DNA of 64,000 nucleotides from Spirochaetia bacterium (GTDB taxonomy: Bacteria > Spirochaetota > Spirochaetia > SZUA-6 > Bin103), in contig OZ241863.1 of the NCBI GenBank assembly GCA_965203055.1, positions 1,376,001-1,440,000 on the forward strand. The letters run 5' to 3'. Under the pieces are notes generated by a model. The model made no database searches. It was not told the origin of the DNA and saw only the letters and a program-made list of their open reading frames with translations. Made by a program: the position numbers and the translations under genes. Of the stretch, positions 10,372 through 19,737 are shown one piece after another (positions within the stretch are counted from its first letter, which is position 1; each line of letters opens with the position of its first letter).

Positions 10372-10440
10372 AGTGTACGAAACTGCGCGCCTTCGTCAAG
10401 TTGTCAACAGTTGACAATCAACGGCCGGGGAGGCTACGCT
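10372..10440. promoter_or_regulatory. Divergent promoters with central palindromic operator TTGTCAAC-A-GTTGACAA (10401-10417)
   Basis: + strand TTGACA-N18-TACGCT, 7 nt before GTG 10448; - strand TTGACG-N16-TACACT, 7 nt before ATG 10364. The perfect 8-bp inverted repeat overlaps the + strand -35. Confidence 0.7.
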
Positions 10441-10447
10441 GCCGCCC

Positions 10448-13093
10448 GTGCGCCTCGTGGACGATCGGCCCCCGCTGCCCGGCGAACCTTCGCGCAGCCT
10501 GCCGCGGGACCGGCCGCTGAGCGCCGCCAGCCGCCGGCTCTACGAGCAGTGGGGCCGGTACGGCGACTCCGCCAACGAGTTCTACACCACCTTCTCCTAT
10601 ACGCTGCTGCCCGGACTGGGGCCGCAGGAGGGGGTGACGCGGCGCGATCCGAGCGCGGTGGTGCGCGCCGGCGGCCGCTACCACGTGTGGTACACGCGCC
10701 GCGCCGGCGGCGAACCTGACCCCGCCAACCGCCCGCCCGCGGGCCGCGGCCAGCGTTGGGACGCGGCGGCCTTCGACTGGGACCTGGCGGAGATCTGGCA
10801 CGCCGCGTCGGCCGACGGGATCACTTGGCAGGAGCAGGGCCGAGCGGTGGCGCCGGGGCCGCGCGGCGCCTTCGACGGGCGCAGCGTGTTCACCCCCGGC
10901 ATCCTGGTGTGGCGCGGGCGCTACTACCTCTATTACCAGGCGGTGGGGCACCCCTACGTGCTGCGCACCCGCAACGTGATCGGTCTGGCCTGGGCGGAGT
11001 CGCCGGCCGGGCCGTGGCGGCGCCACCCGCGCCCGGTGCTGGTTCCGGGCGCGGCCGGCGAGTGGCTCGGCAGCGGCGACGGCAACGCCGTGCGCCGCTA
11101 CGGCGCCTGGGACAGTCACAAGGTGCACGACCCGCAGCCGCTGCTGCGCGCCGGCCAGGTGTGGCTCTACTACAAGGGCCAGCCGATGGGCTGGGGCACC
11201 GGCGGCGACGGCGGCATCGGCTGGGGGGTGGCGACCGCCGGCCGCCCCGAGGGGCCGTTTTGCAAGTCGCCGCTCAACCCGGTCACCAACAGCGGCCACG
11301 AGACGCTGCTGTTCCCCTACCGGGAGGGGGTGGCGGCGATCTGCAACCACGACGGCCCGGAGAAGGATACGGTGCAGTATGCGCCGGACGGCCTCAACTT
11401 CGAGGTGAAGGCGCACGTGGTGCTGCCGCCGCCCGCCGGCGCGCCGTTCGCCCCCGACCTGTTCGCCGGCGACGGCGAGGGGCGCGGCATCACCTGGGGA
11501 CTGGCCCATCTGGCGCGGGAGGAACTGAAGCGGGGCAGCTCCTACCTGATCCGCTTCGACTGCAACTTGGCGCGCGACCGGGAACGGCCCGGCTTTCGCG
11601 GTTCCAACCACCGCTTCCCGGAAGCGGTGTACTTCTCGCCCGACCTGGTGTTCAGCGGCGCCCCCGCGCCGGAAGGGGAGGGGGCGGCGGGGAGCGATGC
11701 GCCGGCGCCGGAGGGGGCGGGGAGCGATGCGCCAGCCGAGGCGGGGCAGGGCGTGCCGGGCCGGCCGTTGCCGGGGGCGCCCCGGGACGGCGCGCCTCCG
11801 CCGGCAGCGCGCGCCGCGCCGCCCGCCCCGCTGAGCGCCGCCGCGCGCCGCGTGCGGCAGGTCTACGGGGCCGCCAAGGATCAGGCCAGCGAATTCTTCT
11901 CGGCGTTCAAGTACGCGCCGGTCACCGGCATCGGCAAGCAACCGGGGGTCAGCCGGCGCGATCCGAGCAAGGTGATACGGGTAGGGGACACTTGGTACGT
12001 GTGGTACACGCGGCGCCGGTCGGCGCCGCCCGCGGGCTTCGAAGGCGCCGGCGACACGGTCCCGGTGTGGGACTGGGATCTGGGCGAAGTGTGGTACGCG
12101 ACCAGCAGCGACGGCTTCCACTGGCAGGAGCGCGGGCGGGCGGTAGCGCGCGGCCCGCGCGGCGCGTTCGACGACCGTTCGGTGCTGACCCCCGACATCC
12201 TGGTGTTCGGCGGCCGCTACTACCTCTACTATCAGGTGCTGCAGGCGCCCTACCGCCAACGCTCGCTCTACCAGCTCGGCATGGCGTGGGCCGCGGCGCC
12301 CGACGGGCCGTGGCGGCGCTGGCCGGAGCCGGTGCTGCGCGTGGGCCGGCCCGCGCCCGAGCTGCTGCCGGGCAGCGACGATCCCGATGCGCTGGCCCGG
12401 TTTGGCGCCTGGGACAGTCACAAGCTGCACGACCCCTACGTGCTGGTGCGCGGCGGCCGCATCTGGCTCTACTACAAGGGGGTCCCGTTCGGGCGCCACT
12501 ACCGGCACGACCTGGGCTGCCAATGGGGCGTGGCCTTTGCCGAGCGGCCGCAGGGGCCGTTCCTCCGCAGCCCGCTCAACCCGGTGACCAACTCCGGCCA
12601 CGAGACCTTTCTCTACCCCTACCGCGAGGGCGTGGCCGCGGTCACCAGCCTGGAGGGGCCGGAGAAGAACACCGTGCAGTACGCCCGCGACGGCCTCAAC
12701 TTCGAGGTGGTGGGCAAGGTGTCGGCGCCGCCGGTGGCCGCCGGCCCCTACGTTCCCGACGCCTTCACCGACACCGCCGACGGCGAAGGCATCACCTGGG
12801 GTCTGGCGCACCTCCATCACGGCGCGCGCGGCACCCTGCCCAACAGCTACCTGGTCCGCTTCGAGTGCAACCTGAGCCGGCGCGCGCGCCGCCGGGGCTT
12901 CTTCCGCGCCTGGAACTTCCGCTTTCCCGCGGCCGCCTACCTGCCGGACGCCCCGCCGCCGCCGGTTCCGGCGCCTCAGCCTGCCTCAGACGCCTCAGAC
13001 CGGAGTTCGTTGCCAACCGCCGCCGCCCGCGATAGAGTGCGCTCCGCAGGGTGCGGGCCGCCGAGCGGGCCGCAGAGCGCGGTCGCTCATTGA
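10448..13093 (+). CDS. Tandem two-domain GH117 glycoside hydrolase
   Basis: Two complete sets of SxAxxR/RRDPS/DWDL/HDP/YYKG/NSGHE motifs joined by a Pro/Ala/Gly-rich linker (~11660-11830). Confidence 0.85.
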   Translation: MRLVDDRPPLPGEPSRSLPRDRPLSAASRRLYEQWGRYGDSANEFYTTFSYTLLPGLGPQEGVTRRDPSAVVRAGGRYHVWYTRRAGGEPDPANRPPAGRGQRWDAAAFDWDLAEIWHAASADGITWQEQGRAVAPGPRGAFDGRSVFTPGILVWRGRYYLYYQAVGHPYVLRTRNVIGLAWAESPAGPWRRHPRPVLVPGAAGEWLGSGDGNAVRRYGAWDSHKVHDPQPLLRAGQVWLYYKGQPMGWGTGGDGGIGWGVATAGRPEGPFCKSPLNPVTNSGHETLLFPYREGVAAICNHDGPEKDTVQYAPDGLNFEVKAHVVLPPPAGAPFAPDLFAGDGEGRGITWGLAHLAREELKRGSSYLIRFDCNLARDRERPGFRGSNHRFPEAVYFSPDLVFSGAPAPEGEGAAGSDAPAPEGAGSDAPAEAGQGVPGRPLPGAPRDGAPPPAARAAPPAPLSAAARRVRQVYGAAKDQASEFFSAFKYAPVTGIGKQPGVSRRDPSKVIRVGDTWYVWYTRRRSAPPAGFEGAGDTVPVWDWDLGEVWYATSSDGFHWQERGRAVARGPRGAFDDRSVLTPDILVFGGRYYLYYQVLQAPYRQRSLYQLGMAWAAAPDGPWRRWPEPVLRVGRPAPELLPGSDDPDALARFGAWDSHKLHDPYVLVRGGRIWLYYKGVPFGRHYRHDLGCQWGVAFAERPQGPFLRSPLNPVTNSGHETFLYPYREGVAAVTSLEGPEKNTVQYARDGLNFEVVGKVSAPPVAAGPYVPDAFTDTADGEGITWGLAHLHHGARGTLPNSYLVRFECNLSRRARRRGFFRAWNFRFPAAAYLPDAPPPPVPAPQPASDASDRSSLPTAAARDRVRSAGCGPPSGPQSAVAH
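13010..13038 (+). promoter_or_regulatory. Putative sigma70 promoter for the ABC transporter genes
   Basis: TTGCCA-N17-TAGAGT within the low-complexity tail of the GH117 gene. Confidence 0.5.
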
Positions 13094-13105
13094 GGCTCGA
13101 CGGCG

Positions 13106-14104
13106 GTGACGGCATACATCATTCGGCGGTTCTGCTCCATGATCCCGACGTTGTTCATCGCCACGATCGTGGTGTTCCTCCTGATCCGGCTGATGCCCGG
13201 CGACGTGATCGACACCATCATCGAGGACCTGCAGAACCGCGGTACCAACGAAGCCGCCATCGCCGCCACGCGCGCCTTCATCGAGGAGGAGCTGGGTCTG
13301 GACGTTCCGGCGCCGCTGCAGTACGCCCGCTGGCTGGGGGTGCTGCCGCAGGCCGACGGCCGGGTGAGCGGCATCCTGCAAGGCGACTTCGGGCGCTCGC
13401 TGTGGTCGAAGAAGCCGGTGCTGCAGCGCATCGGGCCGCGCTGGCCGGTCACCCTGGAGCTGGGCCTGATGGCGCTGGCGGTGAGTCAACTGATCTCGCT
13501 GCCGATCGGCATCTATTCGGCGTTGCGGCAGGACACGCTCGGCGACTACGCGGCGCGCAGCGTGGCCTTCGCGCTGATCGCGGTGCCCAACTTCTGGGTC
13601 GCCACCCTGGTGATCGTGCTGCCGTCGATCTGGTGGGGCTACACGCCGCCCCTCATGCTGGTCCGCTTCGGCGACGATCCGCTGGGCAATCTGCAGATGT
13701 TCATCCTGCCGGCGATCGTGCTGGGCATGGGCATGTCGGGCATGACGATGCGCATGACGCGCACCATGATGCTGGAGGTGCTGCGCCAGGATTACGTGCG
13801 CACGGCCTGGGCCAAGGGCCTGCGCGAGCGCCTCATCGTGGTGCGCCACGCACTCAAGAACGCGTTCATTCCGGTGGTCACCCAGATCGGATTGCTGTTG
13901 CCGCTGCTGGTCGGCGGCACCGTCATCATCGAAAACATCTTCGGTCTGCCGGGCATGGGGCAGCTCACCCTCGACGCGATCAGCAAGCGCGACTACGCCA
14001 CGGTGAGCGGGCTGATGCTGCTGGTGGCCGCGGCGATCATGGTGATCAATCTCGGCGTCGATCTGCTGTACGCCTGGCTGGACCCGAGGATTCACTATCG
14101 ATGA
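13106..14104 (+). CDS. ABC transporter permease (DppB/OppB-like)
   Basis: YIIRR..IPTLF..RLMPGD; EAA loop DYVRTAWAKGLRERLIVVRHALKNA. Confidence 0.92.
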   Translation: MTAYIIRRFCSMIPTLFIATIVVFLLIRLMPGDVIDTIIEDLQNRGTNEAAIAATRAFIEEELGLDVPAPLQYARWLGVLPQADGRVSGILQGDFGRSLWSKKPVLQRIGPRWPVTLELGLMALAVSQLISLPIGIYSALRQDTLGDYAARSVAFALIAVPNFWVATLVIVLPSIWWGYTPPLMLVRFGDDPLGNLQMFILPAIVLGMGMSGMTMRMTRTMMLEVLRQDYVRTAWAKGLRERLIVVRHALKNAFIPVVTQIGLLLPLLVGGTVIIENIFGLPGMGQLTLDAISKRDYATVSGLMLLVAAAIMVINLGVDLLYAWLDPRIHYR

Positions 14105-15150
14105 GCGCCGCCGAGCCGAACCCGCTCCGCAAGCGGTCGCTCTGGATCGACGCCGGCCGCCGGCTGCTCACCGAAAAGCCGCTCGGCGCGGCGGGCGCGG
14201 TGGTGACGCTGGGACTGCTGTTCACCGGCCTGTTCGCCGAGCTGCTGGCCCCCTACGGCTTCAACGAGGTGTTCCCGGCGCAGGCGCTGTCGCCGCCGTC
14301 GGCGCAGTTCTGGCTCGGCACCGACCACATAGGGCGCGACATGCTCAGCCGGGTAATCTACGGCGCCCGCATCTCCATGATCGTCGGGCTCGCCGCCGCC
14401 GTCGTTTCCTCCCTGGTGGAGCTGGTACTGGGGATGTCGAGCGGCTATCTCGGCGGTAAGTTCGACTTGATTCTGCAGCGGGTGGTGGACGCGGTGATGG
14501 GGTTCCCCGGCCTCGTGCTGCTGGTGGTGGTGATGTCGCTGGTGGGTCCGGGAATGCTCACCATCATCATCGTGCTCGGGCTGCGCTGGGGCATCAACGG
14601 TTCGCGCATCATCCGCGGCGCGGTAATCTCGATCAAGGGCAACGTCTACGTGGACGCGGCGGTCGCCGCCGGCTGCCGTACTTCGCAGGTGCTGCTGCGC
14701 CACGTGCTGCCGCACGTCGTGGCGCCGCTGATCATCAACTTCAGCACGCGCGTGCCGGGCATCATCCTGACCGAGGCGAGTCTGAGCTTCCTCGGCTACG
14801 GCGTTCCGCCGCCGGCGCCAAGTTGGGGCGGCATGCTGAGCGGTCCCGGCCGCGAGCACATGCTGACCGCCCCCTGGATCGCGATCTGGCCCGGGGTGGC
14901 GCTCAGCATCGTGGTATATGGCATCAACATGTTCGGCGACGCGGTGCGCGACGTGCTCGATCCGCGGCTGCGCGGCGGGAGCGGCCGCTTCGGCGTCGGC
15001 TTGCGGGCGCGGCGGCGGGCGGCGCGCGCGGAAGGGGGCGCCGCACCGGGAAGTCGGGCGTTGCCCGAAAGAGACCGGGCGCTGCCCGAAGGAGACCGGG
15101 CGCTGCCCGACGGCGAGCGGGCGCGCGCCGGAGCGGCCGGACGTGGTTGA
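14101..15150 (+). CDS. ABC transporter permease (DppC/OppC-like)
   Basis: LGTDHIGRDMLSRVIYGARIS; YVDAAVAAG..RHVLP; EASLSFLG. ATG 14101 overlaps the dppB-like stop. Confidence 0.92.
   Translation: MSAAEPNPLRKRSLWIDAGRRLLTEKPLGAAGAVVTLGLLFTGLFAELLAPYGFNEVFPAQALSPPSAQFWLGTDHIGRDMLSRVIYGARISMIVGLAAAVVSSLVELVLGMSSGYLGGKFDLILQRVVDAVMGFPGLVLLVVVMSLVGPGMLTIIIVLGLRWGINGSRIIRGAVISIKGNVYVDAAVAAGCRTSQVLLRHVLPHVVAPLIINFSTRVPGIILTEASLSFLGYGVPPPAPSWGGMLSGPGREHMLTAPWIAIWPGVALSIVVYGINMFGDAVRDVLDPRLRGGSGRFGVGLRARRRAARAEGGAAPGSRALPERDRALPEGDRALPDGERARAGAAGRG
15055..15117 (+). repeat. Three tandem 21-bp repeats (RALPxxD/E) in the permease C-terminal tail
   Basis: CGGGCGTTGCCCGAAAGAGAC / CGGGCGCTGCCCGAAGGAGAC / CGGGCGCTGCCCGACGGCGAG. 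Confidence 0.85.
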
Positions 15151-15211
15151 ACGAATCAGGCACTGGACTAGACTGGTATCGCGGGCAGGAGTCTCGCGAA
15201 GGAGGACATTC

Positions 15212-16963
15212 ATGCAGAGTTTGGCATGCAGGCGCATCGCGCGATGCGCGCTGCACGTGATGGCCGCGGCATTGGCCGTACTGGCCGCCGGGCCGGCGTT
15301 CGCCACCGGCGAAGAAGAGGCGGCCGCGGCAACCGGGGACGGCCCGCAGTACGGCGGCACGCTGACCGCCTTTCGCACCGACCTGGAGCCGGTCCAGGCC
15401 GACCAGACCTCGACCGTGGGCCGGGCGCCGGCGCTGGTCTTCAGTGGTCCGATCATGGACTACCTGATGATGACCGACTACGAGGGGTGCGGCCCGCGCG
15501 GCTCGGGGGTGTTTCCGAGCACCTACCCCGGCATCTACCTGACGCCGGAGCAGTGTTGGACCGGAGCCCTGGCCGAGCGCTGGGAAGCGCACGAGGACCG
15601 GATCGTGTTCCACCTGCGGCAGGGAGTGATGTGGCAGGGCAACGACGTGATCGGCTTCGAACCGCGCGAACTGGTCGCCGACGACGTGGTGTTCGCGTTG
15701 ACGCGGGCGTGGAACTCGCGGCCGACGGCGTGGACCTGGGACGGCGGCGCGATCGACAACATCGTCGCCGAGGACCGCTACACCGTCGTGGTGGAGCTGA
15801 GCCGCTTCGACCTGGAGTGGATCGTGTGGACCGCGGCCAACCCCAACGCCATCTACGCGCCGGAGGTGGTCGAGGCGGGAGCCGGCGAGTGGGAGCATCA
15901 GGCCGGGACCGGTCCGTTCCGCTTCGCCGAGTACGTCGAGGGCTCCTTCATGCGCTATGAGCGGCACGACGACTACTGGGGCAGTCCCACCATCATCGAC
16001 GGGGTGGAGTACGAGACGCCGTTCGTCGACGAGATGATCTACCTGATCATCAAGGACCTTTCGACGCGCGTGGCGGCGCTGCGCACCGGCAACCTGGACC
16101 TGTACTACTGGATGCCGGTGAAGCAGGAACAGTCGCTGGCCGAGACCGCGCCGGAGCTGGAGAAGTTCCGCTACCTGAGCTCCGGCACCCACGCGCTGGG
16201 CTTGCGCAGCGACATCGAGCCGTTCGACAACAAGCGCGTGCGCCATGCCATGTCGATGGCCCTGGACGCGAAGCAGATTGCCGATACGGTGCTGCTGGAA
16301 GCCCACACCGAGGGGATCTTCCCGATGATCGAAGGCTACCCCGGCCACATTCCGCCGGAGGAGCTGAGCCCGGAGATCCGGGCGGTCTATGAGTACCATC
16401 CGCAGCGGGCCAAGGAGATTCTGGCCGAGGAGGGCTATCCGAACGGGTTCGAGGTGACCACCATCGTGCGCGCCGCCGACACCAACAGCGTCGCCATCCT
16501 GGAGCTCGCCAAGAGCTACTGGGAGGAGGTGGGCGTCGACCTGGAGATCAACGCCCTGGAGCAGTTGGCCTATCAGACCGAGCGGCGCGCGCGCAACTAC
16601 CACGTGATTCGTTCCACCCTGCAGAATCAACGTGAAGTGGGAGCGTTCAACAAGCACTCGATCAACTTCGCGGGCGGCTGGAACGACGCGATATGGACCG
16701 ATCCGGCCTACTATGATCCACTGTTCGTGGAGACCAGCGCCACGCTCGACCTGGAGGAGCGCAACCGGAAGTGGGCGCAGCTCGCGCGGATCGTGGTGGA
16801 GGAAGCCGCCTACATTCCGCTCGGGATTCAATATGAGCTGTCGTACTGGTGGCCGTGGGTGAAGAACTACTACGGCGAGTCATCGACCACCTTCCGGTCG
16901 AGCAGCATGGTGGAGGCGGGAATCTGGATCGATCAGGCGTTGAAGCAGGAGATGGGCTACTGA
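15212..16963 (+). CDS. ABC transporter substrate-binding protein, family 5
   Basis: RBS AAGGAGG; signal ending AFATGEEE; PQYGGTL, LRQGVMW, GTGPF, PFDNKRVRHAMSMALD. Confidence 0.9.
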   Translation: MQSLACRRIARCALHVMAAALAVLAAGPAFATGEEEAAAATGDGPQYGGTLTAFRTDLEPVQADQTSTVGRAPALVFSGPIMDYLMMTDYEGCGPRGSGVFPSTYPGIYLTPEQCWTGALAERWEAHEDRIVFHLRQGVMWQGNDVIGFEPRELVADDVVFALTRAWNSRPTAWTWDGGAIDNIVAEDRYTVVVELSRFDLEWIVWTAANPNAIYAPEVVEAGAGEWEHQAGTGPFRFAEYVEGSFMRYERHDDYWGSPTIIDGVEYETPFVDEMIYLIIKDLSTRVAALRTGNLDLYYWMPVKQEQSLAETAPELEKFRYLSSGTHALGLRSDIEPFDNKRVRHAMSMALDAKQIADTVLLEAHTEGIFPMIEGYPGHIPPEELSPEIRAVYEYHPQRAKEILAEEGYPNGFEVTTIVRAADTNSVAILELAKSYWEEVGVDLEINALEQLAYQTERRARNYHVIRSTLQNQREVGAFNKHSINFAGGWNDAIWTDPAYYDPLFVETSATLDLEERNRKWAQLARIVVEEAAYIPLGIQYELSYWWPWVKNYYGESSTTFRSSSMVEAGIWIDQALKQEMGY

Positions 16964-17006
16964 GCGCCGCCGGCCGCCGGCGCCGCGCGCGGCAATCGGG
17001 CCCGCG

Positions 17007-17606
17007 ATGAGCGGTAGTCCCCGGTGGCGCGCGTGCGCCGCGGCGGCGGCCGCGGTGTGGCTGGCGGCGTGCGGCGGGCGGCAGGAGGAGCGCGCCGCGG
17101 CTTCCGAGCCGCCCGCGGCGGCCGCGGAAGGGGAGGCGGCGCCGGCCACGGAAGCCGCGCCGGCCGAGCACCCGCGGCTCGCGGTCGGCGCGGCGTACTC
17201 CACCGACGCGTTCATGGTAACGGTGCGCGGCGCCAGCGTGGTCGCCGGCTACGACTACTTCGACAAGGGCGCGGATGCGGACGCGACCAGGCAGGCGGAC
17301 CCCGGCGAGGTGTTCCTGATCGTCGATATCGAGTTCGAGTCGCTCGGCGGCTGGTCGTTGGGCACGAACGGCAACCAGCTCGCGTTGCGCGGACAGTTCA
17401 CGGTAACGGACGGCGCCGGCAACGACTATTCCTACGCGCCCTACTTCGGCGAGAAGGCGCTGGTGCTGGCGCCCCACCTGGACAAGGGGGAGAAGGTGCG
17501 CGGCGAGATCCTCTACGTCGTGCCGGAGGGGGCGGGCGGCTTGACGATCCGCTACCAGGGGCGCAAGTTTCCCCGCCCCACGCTCGCCGAATGGGCGCTC
17601 CAATGA
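17007..17606 (+). CDS. Lipoprotein with DUF4352-like Ig fold
   Basis: Lipobox LAAC; FLIVDIEF..FTVTDGAGNDY..LDKGEKVRGEILYVVP. Confidence 0.65.
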   Translation: MSGSPRWRACAAAAAAVWLAACGGRQEERAAASEPPAAAAEGEAAPATEAAPAEHPRLAVGAAYSTDAFMVTVRGASVVAGYDYFDKGADADATRQADPGEVFLIVDIEFESLGGWSLGTNGNQLALRGQFTVTDGAGNDYSYAPYFGEKALVLAPHLDKGEKVRGEILYVVPEGAGGLTIRYQGRKFPRPTLAEWALQ

Positions 17607-17635
17607 CTACGCTGCGCCGGAGGCGCTAAGGACAG

Positions 17636-18784
17636 ATGGCTACGTTCCCCGCTCGCCTGCCGGCCCGCAAGCCGGCCGGCGTCACGCTCAGCGCGGCGAT
17701 GCACCGGCTCTACGATCTGTGGGACAGCACCGCCGAATACGACAACGAGTTCTACTCCCGGTTCAAGTACAGCGAACTGACCGGATTCCCCGACGACGGC
17801 TTCATCTCGCGGCGCGACCCCTCAAAGATCATCAAGGTGGGGGAGCGCTACTACGTGTATTACACCTGCCGCAACACCGGCACCGCGGTGGTGCCCGCGG
17901 GCGAGGACGACGCGACCCATCCCTCCACCGACTGGGACCTGGCGGATATCTGCGTGGCGGTTTCGCGCGACGGGTTCGCCTGGGACGAGCTGGGGCCGGC
18001 GCTGCGGCGGCCGGCGGGCGGGCGCTTCGGCAACCGCTCGCTGTCGACCCCGGACGTGCTGCCGTGGAACGGCCGCTACTACCTGTTCGCGCAGGTCTAC
18101 AGCGATCTGATTCGCAACGACTCGTGCCCGGTCGGGGTGGCCGTCGCCGAGCATCCCGCGGGCCCGTTCGAGCTGCTGGAGCGGGAGGTGATTCCGCTCG
18201 GCGACGCCGGAAGCTGGGACGGCAACTCGATCCACGATCCCTATCCGCTGCTCTACCGCAACCGCGTCCACCTCTACTACAAGGGGCATCCGATCAGATT
18301 CAAGTCGCCCGATACGATGTATCTCGCGCAGGGCCTGGCGATTGCGGACACCCCCGAAGGCCCGTTCGCCAAGCATCCGGCCAACCCGGTGCTCAACTCC
18401 GGGCACGAAACCATGCTGTGGCCCTACCGCGAGGGGATCGCTTCCCTGCAGATCCGCAACGGCAACGAAGGCAACACGGTGCAGTGGGCGCCGGACGGCG
18501 TGAACTTCCAGCTCAAGGCAATCGTGGACGTGCCGCCCCACGCCGGCGGTCCGTTCATCCCCGACCTGCTGGCGGACGACGGGGACGGGCGCGGCATCCT
18601 CTGGGGGCTGTGCTTCGTGCGCGCGGCGTACGCCGGCAGCTACCGCTCGCGGCTGGTGCGCTTCGACTGCAGCCTGAGCCGCGACCTGGAACGGCCGGGC
18701 TTCAAGGGCGCCCGGCAATACACCGAAGAACAGTACCTGGCGTTTCCGCTCACCGCCGCGGAACGCGCGTTCCTGGCCGGCTAG
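17636..18784 (+). CDS. Glycoside hydrolase family 117
   Basis: LSAAMHR, SRRDPSK, DWDLADI, HDP, YYKG, NSGHE. Confidence 0.88.
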   Translation: MATFPARLPARKPAGVTLSAAMHRLYDLWDSTAEYDNEFYSRFKYSELTGFPDDGFISRRDPSKIIKVGERYYVYYTCRNTGTAVVPAGEDDATHPSTDWDLADICVAVSRDGFAWDELGPALRRPAGGRFGNRSLSTPDVLPWNGRYYLFAQVYSDLIRNDSCPVGVAVAEHPAGPFELLEREVIPLGDAGSWDGNSIHDPYPLLYRNRVHLYYKGHPIRFKSPDTMYLAQGLAIADTPEGPFAKHPANPVLNSGHETMLWPYREGIASLQIRNGNEGNTVQWAPDGVNFQLKAIVDVPPHAGGPFIPDLLADDGDGRGILWGLCFVRAAYAGSYRSRLVRFDCSLSRDLERPGFKGARQYTEEQYLAFPLTAAERAFLAG

Positions 18785-18789
18785 TCAGG

Positions 18790-19737
18790 TCAGGCGGCGG
18801 GGAACGCCGCCCGATACCGGTCCCAGACCTCCGCGCCGAGCGGCGTGCCGGCGGCGCGGACGTTGCGCTCCAGTTGAGCGGCGTCGAGGCTGCCGATCGG
18901 GTTGCCGTGGATGCGGGGCTCCCGCAGGCAGAACTGCAGGGCAAGTTGCAGCAGATCGATCCCTTCGCCGCGGCACCACTGCCGGCGCCGGCGCGCCGCG
19001 GCGACGTCGTCGGCGTGCCGGTAGTTGCCATGCTCGCTGGCGGCGTCGACGTCGACCCCGGTCAGCAGACCGCGCAGGATCGACCAGCCGTTCATCACCC
19101 CGACTCCGGCGGCCGCGGCGGCCGGCAACACCCCGTGCGCGGCGCCCTGGCGGAGCAGATGGTAGTCGTTGAAGCACAGCAGGAAGTCGACGTCGCCGGT
19201 GGCGATGGCCTGGCGGTGAAACTGGTGCGGGCGCATCCCGTAGCCGACGTTGCGCACTAGGCCGCGCGCCTTGAGGCGGAGCAGACCGGCCAGGGTGCCG
19301 TTCGCGGCCAGCGTCGGCTCCATCGTGGGCGGGTCGTGGATCAGCATGCCGTCGAAGTAGTCGGTGCCGAGCATGGCGAGCTGCTCCTCCACGTCGCGCA
19401 GCACCCGCTCCGCCGAATAGTCGGGCGCGCCGTCGCCGTAGCCGCCCCATTGGGCCGCGGAGTGACAGCACAGCCGCCCGGTGATGATCACCTCGCGGCG
19501 CGGAACTTCGCGCAACGCCAGTCCCAGCTTGCGCATCGAGTCGCCGTAGCAACGGGCGCAATCGAAGTGATTTACCCCCAGCGCAACGGCATGCTTGACC
19601 AACGCCACGGCGTCGGCGTCGGCCACGAAGCCGAAGTGGTTGCCGAAACCCTGGGTACCGAACGGAATGACCGGGATCGAGAGCCCGGTCTTGCCGAGCA
19701 CGCGGCGCGGCGGCGGGGAGGGCAATGCCTGATTCAC
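18790..19737 (-). CDS. Aldo/keto reductase (sugar dehydrogenase-like)
   Basis: RRVLGKTGLSIPVIPFGT, FDCARCYG, LIHDP. GTG 19737 overlaps the ThuA stop. Confidence 0.85.
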   Translation of the reverse strand: MNQALPSPPPRRVLGKTGLSIPVIPFGTQGFGNHFGFVADADAVALVKHAVALGVNHFDCARCYGDSMRKLGLALREVPRREVIITGRLCCHSAAQWGGYGDGAPDYSAERVLRDVEEQLAMLGTDYFDGMLIHDPPTMEPTLAANGTLAGLLRLKARGLVRNVGYGMRPHQFHRQAIATGDVDFLLCFNDYHLLRQGAAHGVLPAAAAAGVGVMNGWSILRGLLTGVDVDAASEHGNYRHADDVAAARRRRQWCRGEGIDLLQLALQFCLREPRIHGNPIGSLDAAQLERNVRAAGTPLGAEVWDRYRAAFPAA

